Part shown: in pieces, positions 32,207 to 42,006 of the stretch
Layout: each line of letters opens with the position of its first letter
How positions within the stretch are numbered: position 1 is the first letter of the stretch
DNA from: an uncultured bacterium
GTDB taxonomy: Bacteria > Verrucomicrobiota > Verrucomicrobiia > Verrucomicrobiales > DEV007
NCBI GenBank assembly: GCA_963977015.1
Contig: CAXBMO010000002.1
Coordinates: forward strand, 160,001 to 224,000
DNA: 64,000 bases
Direction of reading: 5' to 3'
Position numbers and translations under genes: made by a program
Notes under the pieces: model-generated
The model's database searches: none
Told to the model about the DNA's origin: nothing
The model's input: the letters and a program-made list of their open reading frames with translations, nothing else

Positions 32207-33646
32207 GTGAAGATCGCCATCGTTCACTACCATTTGCGCCGTGGCGGAGTCACCCGCGTCATTGAAGACGCCGTCGCCAGCCTGGAGGGGCACGGAGTCG
32301 AAACGGTGGTGCTCGCGGGCGAATCTTATCTCGGCGACCGCCTGCCGAACGTCCGCGTAATCGAGGGGCTGGGCTACCGCAACACGGCGACGGAACAAGA
32401 TGCCCGCCACCTGGCTCGCGAGATGCAAAGCGCGGTAACCGATGCGTTGGGAACCGATCCTGACCTGTGGCACATTCACAATCATAGCCTCGCCAAAAAC
32501 GTCGCGTTTCCCGAAGCCGTTCATCATCTCCTCCTCGATGGCGCAAAGCTCCTTCTTCAAGTTCACGACTTTGCTGAAGACGGTCGCCCGGCCAACTACG
32601 AGCGCCAAACCGCCTACTACGCCGGTCGCGAAGACAGCCGCGCCGAGCAACTCTATCCCCGGGGCACCCAAATTCACTACGCCACGCTCAATCAGCGCGA
32701 TTCCCTCCATCTCTGCAATGCCGGAATCGATGCTGGCCACCTGCATTGGCTCCCCAATTCGGTGACGCCACCTCCCTGCAGCCAGCCTCGAACCGATCCC
32801 TTTCCTGGCAAGCGCTTCATCCTTTACCCGGTCCGCGGCATCCGACGCAAAAATCTGGGCGAACTCATGCTCCTGAGCTTGCTCAATCCCGACGCCGTTT
32901 TCGGGGTGACACTGGAACCCGAGAATCCGGAATGGCGGCAGATCCACGACGAATGGGCGAAGTTTTCACGGCAACATCGACTGCCCGTTCACCTCGCCTA
33001 CGGGCGCCACGGTCCCCTCTCCTACCCGGAATTGATTCACCGCGCAGATGTCATGATTTCCACGTCCGTCGCGGAAGGTTTTGGCTTGGCCTTCCTCGAA
33101 CCGTGGCTCGCCGACAAAGCCGTCGTCGGTCGCGACCTTCCGAAGATCACGCGCGATTTCGTCAAACAGGGAGTCAAACTGGATCACCTCTATCAGCGAC
33201 TCGAAATCCCCATGAAATGGATCGACGAACCCGACCTCCATGCGGCCCTCGCTGACGGACTGTTCGAATCCTACCAAAGCTACAATCGCGAACCTCCGGC
33301 AGACGCCGTCGACCGAGCCTGGGCCACCACGGTACGAGCCCATCGAGTGGACTTTGGCCGGCTAAGTGAATCCTTTCAACGCCAGGCCCTGGAGCGCTGC
33401 CTTTCCGAACCGAACCTTCGCCATTCCATTTCCGCACCCACGTTGGCTCTGGAGGAGGAGGATCGAATCGCCGAGAATCGTGAGCTCATTGAGCAGAGTT
33501 ACAGTCTCTCGCAATACGGCCCGCGACTGCTCGAAATCTATCGCGAAATTGCCGCCAGTCCCTTGGGCGAACTCTCGAGCTATGATGCCGACGCCGTGCT
33601 CGACGCCTTCCTCGCCCCAGAAAATTTCAACCTCCTCCGTGCATGA
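32207..33646 (+). CDS. GT4-family glycosyltransferase, probable mannosylglucosyl-3-phosphoglycerate synthase (MggA-like)
   Basis: HYHLRRGGVTRVI, HNHSLAKN, RRKNLGE, SVAEGFGLAFLE; lies between gpgS and a HAD phosphatase. Confidence 0.75.
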   Translation: MKIAIVHYHLRRGGVTRVIEDAVASLEGHGVETVVLAGESYLGDRLPNVRVIEGLGYRNTATEQDARHLAREMQSAVTDALGTDPDLWHIHNHSLAKNVAFPEAVHHLLLDGAKLLLQVHDFAEDGRPANYERQTAYYAGREDSRAEQLYPRGTQIHYATLNQRDSLHLCNAGIDAGHLHWLPNSVTPPPCSQPRTDPFPGKRFILYPVRGIRRKNLGELMLLSLLNPDAVFGVTLEPENPEWRQIHDEWAKFSRQHRLPVHLAYGRHGPLSYPELIHRADVMISTSVAEGFGLAFLEPWLADKAVVGRDLPKITRDFVKQGVKLDHLYQRLEIPMKWIDEPDLHAALADGLFESYQSYNREPPADAVDRAWATTVRAHRVDFGRLSESFQRQALERCLSEPNLRHSISAPTLALEEEDRIAENRELIEQSYSLSQYGPRLLEIYREIAASPLGELSSYDADAVLDAFLAPENFNLLRA

Positions 33647-34452
33647 CCCACGCCGAACGCTTTCGCCGCCTTTCCTCTCCACTTGAGCCCATTCCCACCA
33701 AAGAGACGCCACAGCTTGATGCGCTGGAAGGAATCGAGGCTGTCGTCTTCGACATTTACGGGACCCTCGTCATTTCCGGATCGGGCGATATTGGCCTGAT
33801 CGACGAATCCAACCGCGAGAACGCGATGCGCGAAGCATTCGAAGCTGTCGGAGCAACCATGCCCGAGGGAGCAAGCACGCGGTTTTACCAACTCATCCGC
33901 GAAGATCGCGAGGCCAGCCATGTCGAGCATCCGGAAGTCGAAATTCGCGAGATCTGGCGCAAACTGGCGGGCGACGACGTCGGCGTGGAAGCTCTCGCCA
34001 TCGAGTATGAATGCCGCACCAATGTGGTTTGGCCCATGCCCAACCTCGTCGAAACTCTGGGACAATTGCGGGAACGCGGACTTCGACTCGGCATCGTCTC
34101 CAACGCCCAGTTTTACACGCCGCACCTCTTCGAGGCGTTTTGCAATGCAACGCTGGACGAACTCGGTTTCGATCCCGAGCTTCAGGTTTTTTCGTTCGAC
34201 CTGCGCGAAGGCAAGCCTTCCACACTGCTTTACGCCGAGATCGCCAAAAGCCAGGATCCCAAGCGGGCCCTTTTCGTCGGCAATGACATGCTGAAAGACA
34301 TCTGGCCGGCTCAAACGGTCGGATTCAAAACCGCACTTTTCGCCGGCGATCAACGCTCTCTCCGCAACCGCGAAGATGATCCCCGTGTTGCCGAAACGCA
34401 CCCAGATCTCGTCATCACGGATCTCGCGCAATTGCCGGGCGCGATCAAATAA
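33643..34452 (+). CDS. HAD-family phosphatase (MggB-like)
   Basis: FDIYGTL, VSNAQ, GKP, VGNDMLKDI; ATGA overlap with the upstream gene. Confidence 0.85.
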   Translation: MTHAERFRRLSSPLEPIPTKETPQLDALEGIEAVVFDIYGTLVISGSGDIGLIDESNRENAMREAFEAVGATMPEGASTRFYQLIREDREASHVEHPEVEIREIWRKLAGDDVGVEALAIEYECRTNVVWPMPNLVETLGQLRERGLRLGIVSNAQFYTPHLFEAFCNATLDELGFDPELQVFSFDLREGKPSTLLYAEIAKSQDPKRALFVGNDMLKDIWPAQTVGFKTALFAGDQRSLRNREDDPRVAETHPDLVITDLAQLPGAIK

Positions 34453-34466
34453 CCGCAGTTGTTTGA

Positions 34467-36074
34467 TCAGCGGTATTTCCGCAGCGGATCTTCGTTCCAC
34501 TCCGGCAATCGGGAAACTTCATCGACCACGCCCGGACTGAGCGGGAGCCCAAGTGTCTGGTAATGGGGCGCAAGGTTCTTCCCAACGGCTTGGGAAAAGC
34601 GCCGAACCCATTCATCGTTGCGGCGCTGTTTCGAAGCGGGCATCTCCCAGACCTCAAGGCGATTGTATTCGTCAAAAATGCGTTGGAAAGGCTTCCAGCC
34701 AAATGCGTCCTGAATGCAGAGATAGGAATCAAGCGCAGTCCAACTGTTCCAATTTTTGGCGAAGTCAGGAACTCCGCTGAAATAGGCATTGCGGAGTTGC
34801 TGGCGGCGGAGGGGATGAAAATTCGGGTGGAGTTGGTCGCGAGGAATCTGCAGGAGTTCATCGGCAAGGTAGGCTCCCCAGAGATTGCAGGTCGCCTCGG
34901 TCGTTCCCGGCAGATGCCAGAAGTTGTGTTGATGGTTGTGACCGAGTTCGTGAAAAAAGCGGTAGCTGCCGCGTTTGCGCAGTTCTGTCGCGTTCACAGC
35001 CAGGGCGGCATCAGGTCCGGCATGAGCAGCAAACGGGTAGCCGGAATGCGCGGATCCGGAGAGGAGTTGGCGATCAAAGACAATGCGTTCCGCGCGATAG
35101 TTGGAGCGGTCGATCTTGACCAGTTCGGCGGACGTATCGACGATCTGATTCCACAGGGTCATGACTTCGTCCGGGTTTTCCAGATTGCGGACATAGTTGC
35201 TGGGTAAGGCGAGAATCATGCGATCGGAAACGAGTTCCGCCCACGGAGCTGGAGCGTGGCGGAGCATCGTTTTCCATTCATCGAGAGTGGTTTGGCCATG
35301 GACGTAGAGCGGCGCAGCGACCGCGCCCGAGATGGTAACATCGAAACTTCCAAGTCTGGCATCTCGCGGAATCCCAATGGTAATGAGACCGCCCAGCCCG
35401 TTGGCAACACGGCGTTCCGGTTGGCTCATGACAAATGACCGGAGAAGACGTGGGTAGCGCCACCACTCCGCTTTGTCCGTGATGTTTCCCCAGTAGGCGC
35501 CGATGCTGACCGTGACGCCCTTTCGGACGAACTCAGGAGGAACAGAAACGGTGACAACTTTGCCCGGCGGCGCATAAAGGCCGGTGGAACGTTTTTCCCC
35601 GATGAACCAATGTCCGCTAACGCGCCCGCCAAGCCAACCCCGGTAGTTTCCGTCGATCTTGATGGTTCGAGTGATTCGCGGAGCCTCTTCGGGAACCAAA
35701 CCGGGATAATCCCCGGCCGCGTCGATGGGCCAGAGTTGTTCCGGTGGAAGAATCTGGTTGAAGTGATCCTCAAGGCGGATGATGGCGGCCGGCAAAATCT
35801 GCTCCGCCGGACGAATGGGAAACTCCTTGGTCGGAATGATGGGCCCCAGTTCGCCCCGAAGCTCGTGAAAGGCGGTCAGAAAGTCGGCGAGTTCTCGACC
35901 GTTGAGCGTTGCGCCCCTGGAGAGCGCGGAAACGCGTTGAGGTTCGGCGCGGTTCGCCGGATCAAGAAGTTCGCGTGCTGCTACAAGCGGTTCAGAGGCC
36001 TCCGCCCCGGAATGCCCCATCACGACGCCGACGATCAAGCAAACCGGAACTGTAATCCACGCACCAATAAACAC
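34467..36074 (-). CDS. M60 family metallopeptidase (short paralog)
   Basis: STGLYAPPG, APWAEL, HELGH...TEATCN gluzincin motif. Confidence 0.9.
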   Translation of the reverse strand: MFIGAWITVPVCLIVGVVMGHSGAEASEPLVAARELLDPANRAEPQRVSALSRGATLNGRELADFLTAFHELRGELGPIIPTKEFPIRPAEQILPAAIIRLEDHFNQILPPEQLWPIDAAGDYPGLVPEEAPRITRTIKIDGNYRGWLGGRVSGHWFIGEKRSTGLYAPPGKVVTVSVPPEFVRKGVTVSIGAYWGNITDKAEWWRYPRLLRSFVMSQPERRVANGLGGLITIGIPRDARLGSFDVTISGAVAAPLYVHGQTTLDEWKTMLRHAPAPWAELVSDRMILALPSNYVRNLENPDEVMTLWNQIVDTSAELVKIDRSNYRAERIVFDRQLLSGSAHSGYPFAAHAGPDAALAVNATELRKRGSYRFFHELGHNHQHNFWHLPGTTEATCNLWGAYLADELLQIPRDQLHPNFHPLRRQQLRNAYFSGVPDFAKNWNSWTALDSYLCIQDAFGWKPFQRIFDEYNRLEVWEMPASKQRRNDEWVRRFSQAVGKNLAPHYQTLGLPLSPGVVDEVSRLPEWNEDPLRKYR

Positions 36075-38315
36075 CTACTTGATGTAGCGCTTTACCGGAT
36101 GGTCATCCCACGCCGGCAACTGGCTGGTTTTCTGGCTTACGAACTCGCTCATCGGAAGGTTCCAGGCGGCATAGTAGGGAGCCAGGTTCGCGTTGCAGGC
36201 TTTGGAAAGGCGGATGACCCATTGGTCATTCTTCTCCTGCTGCGACTTGGGCCATTCATCTTGCGGAAGGTTGTTGTATTCATCGAACACGGCTTTGAAG
36301 GGCTCCCAGCCAAACTCCTCTTGAATCAACAGGTAGCAGTCGAGCGCGGTCCACACGGCCCATTCGTCCTGAAAATTTCGACCGCCATTGAAGTAGGCAT
36401 TCCGCAATTGCTGGCGCTTGAGGGGATTGACACCGCCATGCGTTTTGTCGCGATGTTTCCCAACATACTCTTCGAAGATGTAGACGCTCCAGAGATTGCA
36501 GGTGGTTTCCCCGGTGCCGGGAAGAGACCAGAGATTGTGTTGATGATTGTGCCCATATTCGTGAAAGAAGCCCCAATTCCCGTCACGCTTGAGCGATGAG
36601 GCATCGACAGCTTGTTCCGCGCCTTTGCCGAGATGAGCCGCGACCGGGTAACCACTGTGCATGGAACCCGCAGCGGTCTGCCGGTCAAAAACGATGCGTT
36701 CGGCCCGGTAGTCGTCGCGGTCGACAACGACCAGTTCAGCCGCAGTATCGATATAGGCGTTCCAGACTTCCATGACTTCATCCGGGTTGTTGAGATTGCG
36801 AATATATTCGCAGGGAAGCGCGATAATCATCCGTTCGCTCGCCAGTTCAGCCCAGGGGGCCGGATGCTTGCGAAGCGTGGACTTCCAGTCGCTCACGGAG
36901 GTTTGACCATGAACGTAAAGCGGCGCCTCGATGGCTCCTTCGATCTGGATTTCCTGTTCCCCAAACTCGGCACCGCGGGGGACACGAATGGTGATGAGCC
37001 CACCCAAGCCATTGGCCGCCGTGGTTTCTCTGCTTTTGATCTCCACACTGCGCTGAAGCCGAGGCCAGCGTTGCCATTTGTCCCGATTGTTCAAACCACC
37101 TCGATACGCACCGATCACAATCTCGAATCCGCTCCCGGCGATACGCCCGGGAACGGTGACCCGAACAGTCTCGCCGGGAACCGCATAAAGACCGGTTGGC
37201 CGCATTTCCTTCGCATTGTTGGCTCCAGCCCCCCGTCCGCTGAGCCAGCCCTTGTAGTTGCAATCAACAGCCAGGGTTCGCGTGACGCGGGGAGCGTCCT
37301 CCGGAACTGCGCCAGGGTAATCCTGCGCGGCAGCAATCGGGCGAACTTTCTCAGCGGGAAGCGTTTGGTTCAATTGATCGATCAGTTCGATGACCGTGTC
37401 GATCAGTTCGTTCTGGCCCGGAATGACGGGATTCTCTTTCGTCGGAACGATGGGTCCGATCGCGTTGTCGAGTTCAGCCAACGCTTCAAGAAAGCCATCC
37501 AGCTCCTCCCCTTTCAGCCGGTAGCCATTCTTGAGTTCCTTGATGAGCTGTGGCGTTGCGGATTTCCCACCATTCTGAGCCAGCTTTTTCGAAGCCGCGA
37601 TTGGGAGAGGAACTCCGGAGCTATCGACCGGCGGAGGACCAAATGCGATGGAATTGCGAACGCTGGCGTAGCCGCTGGATTGAAAGGTAATGCCTGCGAG
37701 GCTGCCGACCTGGTTTCCCGGAAACGTGGCAAAATCAGGAAATTTGTCCCCAAAAGGCCACGGCGTTGCCGCAATGATCACCCCGCTTCCTTTGAGGGCG
37801 AAGCGACGCACACTCTCAACTCCTTTTTCGGACAGGGCCTCGTGGCCAATGAAGCAGTAAACATCAACCTGGTTGATCAGGTCTTCGGGCTCGACTTCCC
37901 TCACCGTCATTCCTAGTTCGGTCAAAACCGGCTCCAATTGGGAAAGGCTGGGCGAAAGCCCGACACTTGGTCTCGTCGATCTTCCAGCCCAGCGAATCGT
38001 GTTCGCGACGAGCAATTTTACGCCGGCCTGATCCATCAACGCTCCGGGCTTGAGAAACGAACCATGAGCGAAAGCGGCGACCCGTCCCTTCGTTCCGGTA
38101 AGCCCGATAGCGCCAAAAACCTTGCCGTCTTCATTCGTGAGAAGTTCCCGAGAACTGGCCGCCTGGAGCTCGAGAACTCCCGGAATGCTCTTGCCGAGCG
38201 AAAACTCGTCAACCTTTGAGGTGATCAGATCAATATCTTTCCGGCTTGGACTCGCCGCGAATGTTGAAACCACCAGCAAGAAGGAGACGACACCAACATG
38301 GATTGTGGGCTTCAT
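36075..38315 (-). CDS. M60 family metallopeptidase with additional N-terminal domain
   Basis: Signal peptide, PTGLYAVPG, APWAEL, WGFFHEYGH...GETTCN. Confidence 0.92.
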   Translation of the reverse strand: MKPTIHVGVVSFLLVVSTFAASPSRKDIDLITSKVDEFSLGKSIPGVLELQAASSRELLTNEDGKVFGAIGLTGTKGRVAAFAHGSFLKPGALMDQAGVKLLVANTIRWAGRSTRPSVGLSPSLSQLEPVLTELGMTVREVEPEDLINQVDVYCFIGHEALSEKGVESVRRFALKGSGVIIAATPWPFGDKFPDFATFPGNQVGSLAGITFQSSGYASVRNSIAFGPPPVDSSGVPLPIAASKKLAQNGGKSATPQLIKELKNGYRLKGEELDGFLEALAELDNAIGPIVPTKENPVIPGQNELIDTVIELIDQLNQTLPAEKVRPIAAAQDYPGAVPEDAPRVTRTLAVDCNYKGWLSGRGAGANNAKEMRPTGLYAVPGETVRVTVPGRIAGSGFEIVIGAYRGGLNNRDKWQRWPRLQRSVEIKSRETTAANGLGGLITIRVPRGAEFGEQEIQIEGAIEAPLYVHGQTSVSDWKSTLRKHPAPWAELASERMIIALPCEYIRNLNNPDEVMEVWNAYIDTAAELVVVDRDDYRAERIVFDRQTAAGSMHSGYPVAAHLGKGAEQAVDASSLKRDGNWGFFHEYGHNHQHNLWSLPGTGETTCNLWSVYIFEEYVGKHRDKTHGGVNPLKRQQLRNAYFNGGRNFQDEWAVWTALDCYLLIQEEFGWEPFKAVFDEYNNLPQDEWPKSQQEKNDQWVIRLSKACNANLAPYYAAWNLPMSEFVSQKTSQLPAWDDHPVKRYIK

Positions 38316-39499
38316 GATTCGTCAGAAGGTGCAGTGTAGGAGAACTCCAGCTTGGCATCGGGAGAGATCTCGACCAACGAAGGGTGAGATACCGAAACGG
38401 TGCCGTGCCGAGGGTCTTTCGTTGCCTCATAAATGGATCCGTAGAATTCAACCCGGCTCAGGCCTGCAATCGGCCCATCTTTCTCGGTCGCACGAAATTT
38501 CCCATTCCGAACGCGAAGCGTCGTGATTGGCAACCATTTGCCTTCCGGATAGAAGGAAACGGATCCCCAACTCACCGGAGTGGAATTGAGCATGACCGTT
38601 CCCGAAACGGGAACCCGTTTCCCTTTCCCGAGAAACTGATTGGTGCTGAGCCACCCCCGGAGATGCCCTCCCCAGGTCTCCAGAATCGGATCGCCCGGCA
38701 TCAGCCCAACGCCATGTGGCCCTTTTTGGTAGATGTGCATTTCCGCCGGGATCCCATGCTTTCGCAATCCTAGGTAAAAAAGCACGCTGTTCTCCACAGG
38801 GACGACCGGGTCTTCCCCTGTATGAAAGAGAAACGTCGGAGGTGTGTCCGCCTTAATCTGCAGTTCGGTGGAAACGAGGCGAACCTGGTAAGATTCCGGA
38901 TCGACGTTTTCCCCGAAAAGGTTGCGGCGAGTTCCGCCATGAGCGTATTCGGTGGACAGCGAGATGACGGGATAACAAAGCACGAGGAAGTCGGGACGCG
39001 AACTGGAACGTTCCACCGGGTCGACCGCATTCGGCATGCCGGAATCAAACATCGTGCCGGTCATGGAACAGAGGTGCCCGCCTGCCGAGAATCCCATCGA
39101 GCCAATTCTTTGAGGATCGACACCAAACTCTTTCGCGTTTGCCCTCACGGAGCGGATTGCCCGGCGGGCATCGTTGATTTGGGTTGGATGATGATAGCCG
39201 TTGCTTCCAAGCCGGTAGTAGACCACAAACGCAGCAACCCCAAAATCATTGAAGTAGCGAGCAATCTGGTGCCCCTCGTGATCGGCGGCCAATCCACCAT
39301 AACCTCCCCCAGGAAAGATCACCACGCCGCAGCCATTCGCATCTTGGGCGTCCGGCAAATAGACGTCCATGAAGGGTTGATCGATGGCCTCGAGCCCTTT
39401 GGCTCCCGGCGCTCCATCGGGCCACAATTTCTGCCGTTCCTGAGACACGGCCGACGAAGCCAGGGCAACTGTCAGCAGCCCGTAAAAGAGGATTTTCAT
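38312..39499 (-). CDS. Secreted alpha/beta hydrolase (acetyl/feruloyl esterase-like)
   Basis: PGGGY, GFSAGGH, EDPVV, GPHGVG; extra C-terminal beta domain. Confidence 0.88.
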   Translation of the reverse strand: MKILFYGLLTVALASSAVSQERQKLWPDGAPGAKGLEAIDQPFMDVYLPDAQDANGCGVVIFPGGGYGGLAADHEGHQIARYFNDFGVAAFVVYYRLGSNGYHHPTQINDARRAIRSVRANAKEFGVDPQRIGSMGFSAGGHLCSMTGTMFDSGMPNAVDPVERSSSRPDFLVLCYPVISLSTEYAHGGTRRNLFGENVDPESYQVRLVSTELQIKADTPPTFLFHTGEDPVVPVENSVLFYLGLRKHGIPAEMHIYQKGPHGVGLMPGDPILETWGGHLRGWLSTNQFLGKGKRVPVSGTVMLNSTPVSWGSVSFYPEGKWLPITTLRVRNGKFRATEKDGPIAGLSRVEFYGSIYEATKDPRHGTVSVSHPSLVEISPDAKLEFSYTAPSDES

Positions 39500-39511
39500 G
39501 AATGGAAGCGA

Positions 39512-40576
39512 TTAGGATTCCGCCGTGTTCGAACCGCCAACGATTCCTTCCAATTCGGAAATCCAGCCTTCGGCTTCATCATGCCCGATGTTGGCTTGAA
39601 TGATGTCGAGCATTGACTTTGCAGCCAACGCCCGATTTCCGAATTCATATTGGTCGCGCGCTTGAGCCCACTTCAGTTCAGGAAGCCGCTCCTTCTCAAA
39701 CTGCAACGCAGCCTTGGCCCGCCCCCGAACAAAGCCAGCCATTTGCCCGATCTGACGACGAACGGCACCGGCTTCTCCTTCGTTTCGCTCCTGATACCGC
39801 TCCATTTTATCCTCAAACTCGATAAAGAGCTTCGCCATGGCAACTTCCTGTTTAATCCGAGAAGACCAGGCATTGTCCAAACTCGCCGGCATTTTTTCGC
39901 GGAGATAAGGCAAAATCGTCTTTTCATACACACCACCAATATTCAGGGGATTGCCCTCCCACCGTTCCGCGTTCCGGGCCAACGCCTCATCCAATTCATA
40001 AACCTCCGCGAAAATGGTGGAAGCAATATTCCGATTGAGCTCAGGGTGAGGTGGCTCACTCAGCGTCGAGAGTTTCGCCATGAAACTTGTCAGCGGCGTG
40101 AACACTGTGGAAATTTCCTCGGTTTGAGCCGACCGGGTTGCGAGCGCCAGATACTCCAATTGGAGCTGAAGCGCCGTGAGAAAGGGCTCAAACTCATGCT
40201 GCTCCTCGTTGGCATTTCTCCATTCCCGAAAATCACTGTCGCTCTTGTTCATCCGGGTGAAATTGATTTCCTGATGACAGCGCAAATACAATTCCAGCGC
40301 AGCTTTGGGACTACCGGAAGCAGAGCGAAAAACCTGCTCCGCACTGGAATTCTTGCTCAGCGTCTTGGTCCTGGCAGCCGTTTTGAGCTCCTCCAACTGT
40401 TTTTTGATCGCCTGAATCTGGGATTCAGTCAGTGGAGAAGGTTCTGATTGAGCGACAATCGTCGCGCTGGAAAAGGCGCAAAGGAAGGTAATTTGCAATG
40501 CAGCAACGAGCCGACGCCATGACATGGATTGAAGGGGTTTCGTCATAAGAGAAGAAGATTTGGGTAGACTTAACAT
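39512..40576 (-). CDS. Hypothetical secreted helical protein
   Basis: 354-aa ORF with signal-peptide-like N-terminus, co-oriented with the hydrolase/M60 genes. Confidence 0.75.
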   Translation of the reverse strand: MLSLPKSSSLMTKPLQSMSWRRLVAALQITFLCAFSSATIVAQSEPSPLTESQIQAIKKQLEELKTAARTKTLSKNSSAEQVFRSASGSPKAALELYLRCHQEINFTRMNKSDSDFREWRNANEEQHEFEPFLTALQLQLEYLALATRSAQTEEISTVFTPLTSFMAKLSTLSEPPHPELNRNIASTIFAEVYELDEALARNAERWEGNPLNIGGVYEKTILPYLREKMPASLDNAWSSRIKQEVAMAKLFIEFEDKMERYQERNEGEAGAVRRQIGQMAGFVRGRAKAALQFEKERLPELKWAQARDQYEFGNRALAAKSMLDIIQANIGHDEAEGWISELEGIVGGSNTAES

Positions 40577-40651
40577 GAGTTGAAACGATGGATCAAGATC
40601 TGTCCTTTGAACTTTCCGCCCAGGAGAGCATCAAATCAGATGAATCTGCGT

Positions 40652-40680
40652 TTGACAGGGGGATAGCTGCCAATTAAGGT
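40652..40680 (+). promoter_or_regulatory. Sigma70 promoter of rplM-rpsI
   Basis: TTGACA-N17-TAAGGT ending 53 nt before the rplM ATG. Confidence 0.65.
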
Positions 40681-40733
40681 CGCGACCCCTCTTCGACCGG
40701 GAGAGTTTTGTCGTAATCGACACCAATATCGAG

Positions 40734-41183
40734 ATGAAAACATTTTCAGCCAAGGCGGAAGAAGTAGACCGCAAGTGGTGGATCATTGACGCCAAGGATC
40801 AAGTCCTTGGAGACGTGGCCGTCCAAGCTGCGCGTTTGTTGCGTGGAAAGAACAAGCCCATCTTCACCCCACACTGCGATACGGGAGATTTCGTCATCGT
40901 GATCAACGCCAAGGATGTGAAGTTGACCGGGAAGAAGGAAAGCCAGAAAATTTACACCCGCTACAGCGGATACGTCGGTGGTCAAAAAGCCGAAACGCCT
41001 CGTCAAGTGCGCGAAAACCATCCGGAAAGACTCGTGGAGCGTGCCGTTCGCGGAATGGTGCCCCACAACCGTTTGGGACGAGCAATCTTTAAGAAGCTGA
41101 GAGTTTATTCCGGTTCAGAGCATCCGCACGAAGCCCAGCAACCGGCGGTTTACGATCTCAAAACCAAGAAAGCTGCTGCTTAA
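40734..41183 (+). CDS. rplM: 50S ribosomal protein L13
   Basis: [32 protein letters not shown]. Confidence 0.99.
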   Translation: MKTFSAKAEEVDRKWWIIDAKDQVLGDVAVQAARLLRGKNKPIFTPHCDTGDFVIVINAKDVKLTGKKESQKIYTRYSGYVGGQKAETPRQVRENHPERLVERAVRGMVPHNRLGRAIFKKLRVYSGSEHPHEAQQPAVYDLKTKKAAA

Positions 41184-41197
41184 CCCTTTTTAAAATC

Positions 41198-41587
41198 ATG
41201 GCTGAAGTATACCAAGCAACAGGACGACGCAAAACGGCGGTAGCCCGCGTCCGAATGACTGAAGGCAAAGGCGAAATCGTCATCAACGGACGTAGCTTCG
41301 AAGACTATTTCCCAACCGTCGCCTTGCAAAACAACCTTTTGCAGCCGTTTCAGATCGCCAACCTGATCAACAAGTTCGATCTCAAGGTCAACGCCAACGG
41401 CGGTGGCCCAAATGGACAAGTCGGAGCCATTCGCCTCGGAATCGCTCGCGCCCTGATCAAAGCAGATCCTGAGTTGCGCGGTGCTCTGAAAGAAGAAGGA
41501 ATGCTTCGCCGAGATCCCCGCGCCAAAGAGCGTAAGAAGGCGGGTCAACCTGGTGCGCGGAAGCGTTTCCAGTTCTCCAAGCGTTAA
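41198..41587 (+). CDS. rpsI: 30S ribosomal protein S9
   Basis: TGRRKTAVARV, ERKKAGQPGARKRFQFSKR. Confidence 0.99.
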   Translation: MAEVYQATGRRKTAVARVRMTEGKGEIVINGRSFEDYFPTVALQNNLLQPFQIANLINKFDLKVNANGGGPNGQVGAIRLGIARALIKADPELRGALKEEGMLRRDPRAKERKKAGQPGARKRFQFSKR

Positions 41588-41600
41588 TCTGCGTTCTTTC

Positions 41601-41619
41601 TCCTCCTTTCCAAGGAGGA
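41601..41619 (+). terminator. Hairpin after rpsI, possible terminator
   Basis: TCCTCCTT-TCC-AAGGAGGA; no downstream U-tract. Confidence 0.35.
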
Positions 41620-42006
41620 TCAGTGTAGGTTTGTGACGTCCAAAATTTTGGGGCAAGGGTGAAAACCCTTTCATGTTTTGCTCCCGGATTGGATACGGTC
41701 ACCTGCATTCGTTGCCCGGTTTTCTTGAAAGCAGCATCGCTCAGGAAGCCAATCAGGGCAGAATGCCGTGCGGCGGCGAGACATATTCCAGTGCTCTGAT
41801 ATCGGCGCTAGATTGGAACTCGATTTGGGAGGCTCCGCGTTCACGATCGGAGAATCCCTCGCGATCGATTTCGATACACAGGGCGACTCAGGGGCATGGA
41901 GGCGTTGAGTTTTAGGGAGGTTTTCAAGATGCGCCGGTCCCGGGATGCGCAGAAGTTCAGGAGAAGTTCCAAAACCTGAGCTGCCTGCGCCAAAAGAAAC
42001 CGCCCC

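Noticed and set aside
41742-41752. CAGGAAGCCAA shared with the interior of the TIR element (about 60167-60177)
   Set aside because: Only an 11-mer with weak flanking similarity and no TIR nearby; compatible with chance.
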